From a bacterium (lineage in GTDB: Bacteria; Hydrothermota; 32-111), in the NCBI GenBank assembly GCA_046484245.1, contig JAWOBN010000065.1, positions 1 through 15,218 of the forward strand: a DNA stretch of 15,218 nt. The letters run 5' to 3'. Below the pieces are notes generated by a model. It was not told the DNA's origin and ran no database searches. It worked only from the letters and a program-made list of their open reading frames with translations. This document shows, in pieces, positions 9,276 to 15,218 of the stretch (the stretch's first letter is position 1; each line of letters begins with the position of its first letter). The translations under genes and the position numbers were made by a program.

Positions 9276-9802
9276 TACTCTCTGGTCATTGTCATATAGA
9301 GAAGTGTGTGGTATTCACCGTCTTTCAGTGAGTGATTCTTGAATTCCCCTTCAATCTTAAACCCGAGTTTTTTGTACATTGAAACAGCCCGTTTATTGAA
9401 ACCGTAAACCTCAAGGCAGAGTTTTCTGAGACCCAGTGTATTGAAGGCATAATCCATAATGAGTTCTGTTGCCTTCTTTCCTATGCCGGCATTCTGAAAT
9501 TCCGGCATTACTGCAATGGAAAGCATTGCTCTTCTATTGGGCCAATTGAAATCATTCAATGTGATTAAACCCGCAGGATTATCCGATGTTTTATCTATGA
9601 TAACAAAATGAATGGACTTGCGTTTAGCTGTCCGGTCAATCATCTTCTCTACACTGACGGGGGTCCATGGGAAACGGCCTGCAAGATAATGCCTGACCTC
9701 AGGATTATTGAGCAGCTGCAGTATGAAATCTGTGTATTCGGTTCCTATTACAGCCAGGTCCACCCTGTCTCCGCTTAAAAAACAGATATACTTCTTACCC
9801 AT
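9275..9802 (-). CDS. GNAT N-acetyltransferase, RimJ/RimL / SpeG-like
   Basis: PEFQNAGIGKKA acetyl-CoA motif, YAFNTLGLRKLCLEV, NKRAVSMYKKLGFKIEG. Confidence 0.9.
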   Translation of the reverse strand: MGKKYICFLSGDRVDLAVIGTEYTDFILQLLNNPEVRHYLAGRFPWTPVSVEKMIDRTAKRKSIHFVIIDKTSDNPAGLITLNDFNWPNRRAMLSIAVMPEFQNAGIGKKATELIMDYAFNTLGLRKLCLEVYGFNKRAVSMYKKLGFKIEGEFKNHSLKDGEYHTLLYMTMTRE

Positions 9803-9808
9803 ATCTGA

Positions 9809-9837
9809 ATGATATTGCTAATTATTAATAATGTCAA
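9809..9837 (-). promoter_or_regulatory. Sigma70 promoter directly upstream of the GNAT ATG (probable leaderless transcript)
   Basis: TTGACA(9837-9832)-17-TATCAT(9814-9809)-6 nt-ATG; no SD sequence. Confidence 0.65.
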
Positions 9838-9897
9838 GTAAGACATCGATATGACTATGTGTGAAAGGCCTGTAAAGAGACGGAAAATCTCTTTGTA

Positions 9898-9925
9898 TTG
9901 ACAATAATTCAATAAATCATATACT
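9898..9925 (+). promoter_or_regulatory. Putative sigma70 promoter for the lipoprotein-tRNA-Arg unit
   Basis: TTGACA(9898-9903)-16-TATACT(9920-9925); AAGGAG RBS before ATG 9953. Confidence 0.6.
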
Positions 9926-9952
9926 GATATATAATTAATTTAAGGAGTTTTT

Positions 9953-10636
9953 ATGAAGAATTTATTGAGAATGCTCTCCATTATCATAATATCTGTCTTG
10001 ATGCTCTCCACAACCGGATGTCTCTGGAGCACATGTCAAATAGCTGATACAGTGGGCAGGAATAATCTTTCCTATTCAGTTTACGGAGCATATTCCGGAT
10101 ATCTCAGTGAAACTGACAAGGAGCTTGCAGATTCACTGGGCAATAATGAAATGGTACTCTGGGGCGGCAATCTCAATTACGGCATACTGGAGGAACTGGA
10201 CCTTCAGATGGGTGTGATGGGCTCCAATTTCGGGGCAGGTCTCAAATACTCGCCTCAGTTCAGTGACAGATTCAAAGTCGGCTTCATGGGCGGTCTTTAC
10301 ACCAATGCAAGCAATCTGCTGATAACCCCGAGTTTCGGACTTATAGGCAGCTATCATATCAATGAAAATGTTATTTTCACAGGCGGTACGGACCTATTTA
10401 TTAGGAATAAAAATGATTATGACGGGGATGTCTATTTTTCCATTGACCTCAGCAGGAATCAGTTCTTCAAGGAGAATATGCTGAACAATATTGCCAATGT
10501 CTTTGTACCGAAAGCACTGCAGTTCAATGTCTGTTATCCCTTCAAACAGGCCTATGATAAACTCCATCTGGGTATTTCTTTGAGATATGAACTGGATTTC
10601 TCATCAGGAAAAACTGAAGAGACACAAAAAATATAA
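9953..10636 (+). CDS. Hypothetical lipoprotein with beta-strand-rich (outer-membrane-like) body
   Basis: RBS; signal peptide with lipobox-like TTGC; alternating strand patterns (NLNYGI, GAGLKYS, GISLRYEL). Confidence 0.75.
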   Translation: MKNLLRMLSIIIISVLMLSTTGCLWSTCQIADTVGRNNLSYSVYGAYSGYLSETDKELADSLGNNEMVLWGGNLNYGILEELDLQMGVMGSNFGAGLKYSPQFSDRFKVGFMGGLYTNASNLLITPSFGLIGSYHINENVIFTGGTDLFIRNKNDYDGDVYFSIDLSRNQFFKENMLNNIANVFVPKALQFNVCYPFKQAYDKLHLGISLRYELDFSSGKTEETQKI

Positions 10637-10710
10637 GCGCCCGTAGCTCAATTGGATAGAGCACCTGACTACGGATCAGGGTGTTGGGGGTTCAAGTCCT
10701 CTCGGGCGTA
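10637..10710 (+). tRNA. tRNA-Arg(ACG), CCA not encoded
   Basis: Acceptor GCGCCCG/CGGGCGT, D-arm TAGCTCAATTGGATAGAGC, anticodon arm CCTGA-CTACGGA-TCAGG, T-arm GGGGG-TTCAAGT-CCTCT. Confidence 0.97.
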
Positions 10711-10716
10711 TAATGG

Positions 10717-10744
10717 AAAAGCGGGGTTTATCCCCGCTTTTTTT
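10717..10744 (+). terminator. Intrinsic terminator after tRNA-Arg
   Basis: AAAAGCGGGG-TTTAT-CCCCGCTTTT followed by further Ts. Confidence 0.85.
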
Positions 10745-10752
10745 ATTTTAAG

Positions 10753-11776
10753 GCCGAAGGACTTGAATGTGAGCAGAGCGAACAGAAGTCCGTCAGGACT
10801 TCACCCCGGGGGGTTCTCAATGCGCAGCACTTACTGCTATTCAAGAAGCATTGCCAGGCAAAGCCTTCAGTCCGGAAGCGTGCGATACGCGCGTTTCGTG
10901 TGATTCGTGCGATTCGATAATGTGATAAGCCTGCCATAATATCATTGATAGCTGATGGCTGGTGGCTGGCAGCTGATAGCTTGAAAGCCAGGCAAAGACT
11001 TCAGTCCTCTCGGGCATACTCACGTGTGACTTGTGTGATACGTAAAGAAGGTAAAAGGTAAAAGGTAAAAGGTAAAAGAAGGATTAAGAGCGTACAACGC
11101 ATGAATGCAGAATGAGTAAGAAGGTGGAGCCGAAGGACTTGAATGTGAGCAGAGCGAACAGAAGTCCGTCAGGACTTCACCCCCAGGGGGTTCTCTATGC
11201 GCAGAATTTACTGCTTATCAAGGAGCATTGCCAGATTCGCGACACCGTCGCTCACGTACAAAGTACAACGGAAAACGTACAACGTTTCGTAATGCGTGTT
11301 GCGTTATGCGGGTAAAAGGTAAAAGAAGAATCGGCTGACGCCGGTCAATGGTTGATGGTTGATGGTCAATGGTCAAGAGTGTGTGATTCGCCCGAGCATG
11401 AGAGCGAATGGAACGCATAGACCGAGTAGGATTGTAGTTGCTTGTGGCTGGTTGCTGGTGACTTGTGACTGGTCTTTGCGAGGAGCAAAGCGACGCGGCA
11501 ATCTCCTTATCTGCTATTCCTAACGAACCGCACGAATCGCGCGAAACGCACGGTATCACTACCCTTTCTACACGCTCTATTCGCTCTACTCGTTCTTTAT
11601 AACGCATTACGCATCACGCAAAACGCATTATGAAAGTATGTAGGGGTTCAACAATTTGAACCCTTAATCCAAGTTCCAAGTTTGAAAGCCCTGCAGGTGC
11701 GGGAATATGACTGTGATAAGCAGGCCACAGAGATACCTTCGCGAATGCATAGCAAGAATGCTGAACTCGGTATGAC
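10753..11776. repeat. Mosaic non-coding repeat array A, downstream of tRNA-Arg
   Basis: Contains a ~105-bp direct repeat (10753-10857 / 11129-11234), several 7-mer and 9-mer tandem runs, REP-like palindromes, and modules shared with 14368-15218. No credible ORF. Confidence 0.9.
11640..11665 (+). repeat. GTAG-type REP-like palindrome
   Basis: GTAG-GGGTTCAA-CAAT-TTGAACCC. Confidence 0.65.
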
Positions 11777-11782
11777 CTGATT

Positions 11783-13732
11783 TCAGATCTTCAGCAGTTT
11801 TGCATTGATTGCCACAATTACAGTGCTCAGTGACATCAGTGCTGCGCCCAGTGCAGGGGATATCATTATACCCTGATTATACAGAACCCCTGCTGCAAGA
11901 GGTATGGCAATGACATTGTATCCTGTTGCCCAGAAGAGATTCTGAATCATCTTGGAATATGTCTTCTTACCGAATGTTATCATCTTGAGAATATCATCGG
12001 GATTACTCTCTGTAAGGAGTATGTCAGCGGTTTCTGCTGCAATATCAGTGCCTGTTCCCACAGCAATACCGATATCAGCCCTGGCAAGAGCAGGCGCGTC
12101 ATTTATGCCGTCTCCTGTCATTGCAACAAATTCTCCCTCATCCTGGAGTTTCCTTATCTCCTTTTCCTTTTCATCAGGCAGCACACCTGCTTTAAAGTCA
12201 TCAAGATTCAGTTCATCTGCAACCCTCTTGGCTGTCTCTTCATTATCACCTGTAAGCATTATGCACTTAATGCCTGCTTCCTGCAGTTTTTCAACAGCAC
12301 TGTACGATTCCTCCCTTATCTCATCCTCCAGTGCAATTGTGCCGATATGCTTACTGTTTTTGATAACAACAATTATTGTCTTGCCGTCTGCATTATCTGT
12401 CTGCTTGATTTCAATATCTCTCTTTTTTGCCTCTGATGGTGAAAACAGCTGTATCTGCTCTCCTCCTATCTCGCCCTCTATGCCCTTGCCTTTTTCAATA
12501 TTGATGTTCCCGGCATCCTTCAATTTCACACCTTCTTCCTGTGCCTTCTTGAGTATTGCTTTGCCTATCGGATGCTCTGAACTCTGCTCAATTGAAGCAG
12601 CCAGACTTAATATATCCTTACTGGTCATACTCTCATCATGTGACTCAATAATACTCACGCCGAACTCACCCTCTGTTAATGTACCTGTCTTATCAAAAAC
12701 AACAACAGTTATCTTGCCGGCACTCTCAAATGCAGTTCTGTTTCTTATAAGCAGTCCATTCTGAGCAGATATTGACGTGGATACTGCTGTGACAAGCGGA
12801 ATTGCAAGCCCCAGTGCATGGGGGCATGTTATGACCATAACAGTTGCAAGGCGTTCAATTGCAAAAGCCGCCTCCTTGCCTGCTGAAAACCAGAATACAA
12901 ATGTGATTACACCTACGGAGATTGCCGTGAATGTCAGCCACATTGCAGCCCTGTCAGCAAATCTCTGTGTTTTGGATTTCTCTTTCTGGGCATTGCGGAC
13001 CAGTTCAATGACCTGTTTGATATACGATTCATCACCTGATGCTGTGACCTTCACTTTAATAATACTGTCACCATTGACAGACCCGCCTATCACCTCATCG
13101 TCAACTGCCTTTTTGACAGGTTCTGATTCACCGGTGACAAATGATTCATTGATAAACCCATCTCCTTCAGTAATCACTCCGTCAGCCGGTATCTTCTCAC
13201 CTGCTTTTACAAGTACTATGTCATCCTTATTGATATCCTCAATGGGCACATCCTCAGTATTGCCGTCAATTATTTTATGCGCATTATCAGGCATCAGCTT
13301 GACCAGTTTCTCCAATGCACTTGATGCACTGAGAACAGATTTCATCTCAATCCAGTGCCCCAGAAGCATTATATCTATAAGTGTTGCCAGTTCCCAGAAG
13401 AAGTATTTGCCTTCAAGTCCCAGTACAACAGCACCGCTGTAAACATAAGCAACAGTTATGGCAACACCAATGAGTGTCATCATACCGGGACGCTTCTTCT
13501 TTACTTCAGTATAAAGCCCCTTTAGGAAGGGCCAGCCGCCCCAGGCATATATGAATGATGCAATTGCTAGGACAATGTATTTGTCACCTGCAAATGTAAA
13601 AGAGAAATTAAGTATATTCTGTATGAGAGGAGACAGTGCAAGGATGGGTATTGTAAGAACGAGCGATACAAAGAAACGGGTTCTGAAATCCCTAATCATC
13701 ATTTTATGATGTGAATGGCCACTCTTTTTCAT
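11783..13732 (-). CDS. copB: Copper-exporting P1B-type ATPase, CopB (P1B-3) type
   Basis: TM motif ITCPHALGLA (CPH), TGES, DKTGTLT, SEHPI, TGDGINDAPAL, YN and MSLST; short His-containing N-terminus; RBS GGAGG. Confidence 0.92.
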   Translation of the reverse strand: MKKSGHSHHKMMIRDFRTRFFVSLVLTIPILALSPLIQNILNFSFTFAGDKYIVLAIASFIYAWGGWPFLKGLYTEVKKKRPGMMTLIGVAITVAYVYSGAVVLGLEGKYFFWELATLIDIMLLGHWIEMKSVLSASSALEKLVKLMPDNAHKIIDGNTEDVPIEDINKDDIVLVKAGEKIPADGVITEGDGFINESFVTGESEPVKKAVDDEVIGGSVNGDSIIKVKVTASGDESYIKQVIELVRNAQKEKSKTQRFADRAAMWLTFTAISVGVITFVFWFSAGKEAAFAIERLATVMVITCPHALGLAIPLVTAVSTSISAQNGLLIRNRTAFESAGKITVVVFDKTGTLTEGEFGVSIIESHDESMTSKDILSLAASIEQSSEHPIGKAILKKAQEEGVKLKDAGNINIEKGKGIEGEIGGEQIQLFSPSEAKKRDIEIKQTDNADGKTIIVVIKNSKHIGTIALEDEIREESYSAVEKLQEAGIKCIMLTGDNEETAKRVADELNLDDFKAGVLPDEKEKEIRKLQDEGEFVAMTGDGINDAPALARADIGIAVGTGTDIAAETADILLTESNPDDILKMITFGKKTYSKMIQNLFWATGYNVIAIPLAAGVLYNQGIMISPALGAALMSLSTVIVAINAKLLKI

Positions 13733-13788
13733 GTTTCCTCCTAAATAATAACCTTGATTAATTATAAATAAAGAATAATATATTTTCT

Positions 13789-14262
13789 ATGGAAAGTAAA
13801 GAGATAGAAAGATTTATGAACGAAGCATTGGATGAAGCCCTCAGGGCATATGATGAAGATGAAGTGCCGGTAGGCTCTGTTATTGTACTTGAAGGGAAAA
13901 TCATCGGCAGGGGCCGTAATACTGTTGAACAGGACAATGACTCAACAATGCATGCTGAGATTAAAGCAATAAGGCAAGCACAGTCACATATAAATTCCTG
14001 GCGCCTCAATAATGCATACCTCTTCTCAACAATTGAACCATGCATAATGTGCGTATCTGCAGCAATACTTGCAAGAATTGATACCATTGTTTACGGGGCT
14101 CCGGACCCCAAATTCGGAGGCATTAAATCCATTGCAGACATTCCTTCAATCAGGAGCTTGAATCATAAAATAAATGTGATAGAATCTGTAAGGTCTGATG
14201 AAGCTGCTCAACTAATGCAGCAATTCTTCAGAGATTTACGCAATAGACGGAGAGGTGGCTGA
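13789..14262 (+). CDS. tadA: tRNA adenosine(34) deaminase
   Basis: EVPVGSVIV, HAE, WRL, EPCIMC, YGAPDPKFG, LNH, FFRDLR. Confidence 0.93.
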   Translation: MESKEIERFMNEALDEALRAYDEDEVPVGSVIVLEGKIIGRGRNTVEQDNDSTMHAEIKAIRQAQSHINSWRLNNAYLFSTIEPCIMCVSAAILARIDTIVYGAPDPKFGGIKSIADIPSIRSLNHKINVIESVRSDEAAQLMQQFFRDLRNRRRGG

Positions 14263-14341
14263 GTCCGGCTGAAGGCACCGCACTCGAAATGCGGCATACT
14301 ACTTTGTGGTATCCTGGGTTCAAATCCCAGCCTCTCCGCCA
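14249..14341 (+). tRNA. tRNA-Ser(CGA), CCA encoded
   Basis: Acceptor GGAGAGG/CCTCTCC-G-CCA, anticodon arm CCGCA-CTCGAAA-TGCGG, long variable arm, T-arm CTGGG-TTCAAAT-CCCAG. Confidence 0.97.
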
Positions 14342-14346
14342 ATTAG

Positions 14347-14371
14347 AAACCATGCTCTGCATGGTTTTTTT
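14347..14371 (+). terminator. Intrinsic terminator after tRNA-Ser
   Basis: AAACCATGC-TCT-GCATGGTTT with T-run. Confidence 0.85.
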
Positions 14372-15218
14372 ATTGCGGAGAGGGAGGATTTGAAAGCGAA
14401 TGAAAGTGAGCAGCAATCCGCCAGGATTGCACCAGCAGGGTTCTCAATGCACAGCACTTACAACTATTCAAGAAGCATTGCCAGGCTTAGCCTTCAATCC
14501 CGACTCGCGACATGGTCGCTCACGTACAACGTACAACGGAAAACGTACAACGGTGTGTGCTGAGCGAGAAGATAAAAGAACTACAAGAAAAAAGAATGAA
14601 TAGCAGTAAGGAGATTGCTTTGTCGCCTTGCTCCGCGCAATGACATTGCCGGTGGCTGGCAGCTAGCGGCTGATGGCTTGAAAAGCCAGGCTTAGCCTTC
14701 AATCCCAGAAGCGTGCGGTTCGCGCGTTTCGTGTGATTCGTGCGATTCGATATTGTGAATAGCCCACCATAAAACTACTGAGATATCGAATTTTATTGCG
14801 GAGAGGGAGGATTACGTGTGACACGTAAAGAAGGTAAAAGATTAAAGGTAAAAGGTAAAAGAAGAATCGGCTGACGCCGGGTCAATGGTTGATGGTTGAT
14901 GGTCAATGGTCAAGAGTGTGTGATTCGCGAGAGCATGAGAGCGAATGGAACGCATAGACCGAGTAGAGCGAATAGTAAGAACAAGAATCAGGATGTACGT
15001 AGGGGAGGTGTCAGTGACCCTCCCTGCAGAATCAGCAAGAAGCATTGCCAGATTCGCGACATAGTCGCTCACGTACAAAGTACAACGGAAAATGTACAAC
15101 GTTTCGTAATGCGTGTTGCGTTATGCGGGGAAAAGGTAAAAGAAGAATCGGCTGACGCCGGGTCAATGGTTGATGGTTGATGGTCAATGGTCAAGAGTGT
15201 GTGATTCGCGAGAGCATG
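14368..15218. repeat. Mosaic non-coding repeat array B, downstream of tRNA-Ser (runs off the window)
   Basis: Shares modules with array A. 15036-15218 matches 11219-11400 (about 7 substitutions and 1 indel by eye), 14847-14966 matches 11311-11429, and 14598-14644 is an inverted copy of 11472-11519. Confidence 0.9.
14999..15027 (+). repeat. GTAG-type REP-like palindrome
   Basis: GTAG-GGGAGG-TGTCAGTGAC-CCTCCC-TGC. Confidence 0.6.

Noticed and set aside
10753..10767. Additional minus-strand tRNA genes at the antisense copies (also 14375-14394)
   Set aside because: Only the T-loop and acceptor 3' portion is present; no D-arm or anticodon arm can be folded.
10652..11607. Short ORFs in array A (10652-10903, 10743-10937, 10841-11023, 11112-11315, 11218-11607)
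   Set aside because: They overlap the tRNA, terminator or repeats. Their low-complexity translations derive from 7- and 9-mer runs, and frames are not preserved between module copies.
10753..11776. CRISPR array interpretation of the repeat regions (also 14368-15218)
   Set aside because: There is no constant repeat with regular unique spacers, the intervening segments are themselves repeated, and no cas genes are present.
11952..13442. Long + strand ORFs (270 and 221 aa)
   Set aside because: Antisense shadows of copB with Ser/Ile-rich composition.
10710..14249. Integrase-type genomic island or prophage between the two tRNAs
   Set aside because: No integrase or phage genes. The only tRNA-Arg 3' duplication is at 11003-11015 and does not enclose copB.
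14375..14500. SRP RNA (ffs) or another known ncRNA after tadA-tRNA-Ser
   Set aside because: No SRP domain IV motif (CAGG...GGAA...AGCAG) in the proper arrangement, and the sequence is a multi-copy repeat core.
14228..15180. Short ORFs over tRNA-Ser and array B
   Set aside because: Same reasons as array A: translations of tRNA and repeat DNA with no coding signal.

Overview
Low-GC bacterial chromosomal window. Left end: a RAYT/IS200-superfamily HUH (Y1) transposase gene with a C-terminal HTH, bracketed by 39-bp imperfect inverted repeats. Middle: a three-gene minus-strand unit (small membrane protein, PAS histidine kinase, exported hypothetical), a threonine catabolism pair (SDR-type tdh and kbl), a GNAT / exported protein / FecR-domain / large outer-membrane protein unit, a lipoprotein abutting tRNA-Arg(ACG), a CopB-type P1B ATPase, and tadA overlapping tRNA-Ser(CGA). 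The most unusual part is non-coding. Each tRNA is followed by a terminator and then a ~0.85-1 kb mosaic array (10753-11776 and 14368-15218+). Each array begins with a structured element whose ends are antisense and sense copies of that particular tRNA's 3' end. It continues as a shuffled set of shared modules (short hairpins, 7-mer and 9-mer tandem runs, REP-like palindromes) in different order and orientation. All protein calls are from motif recognition only; no searches were run.
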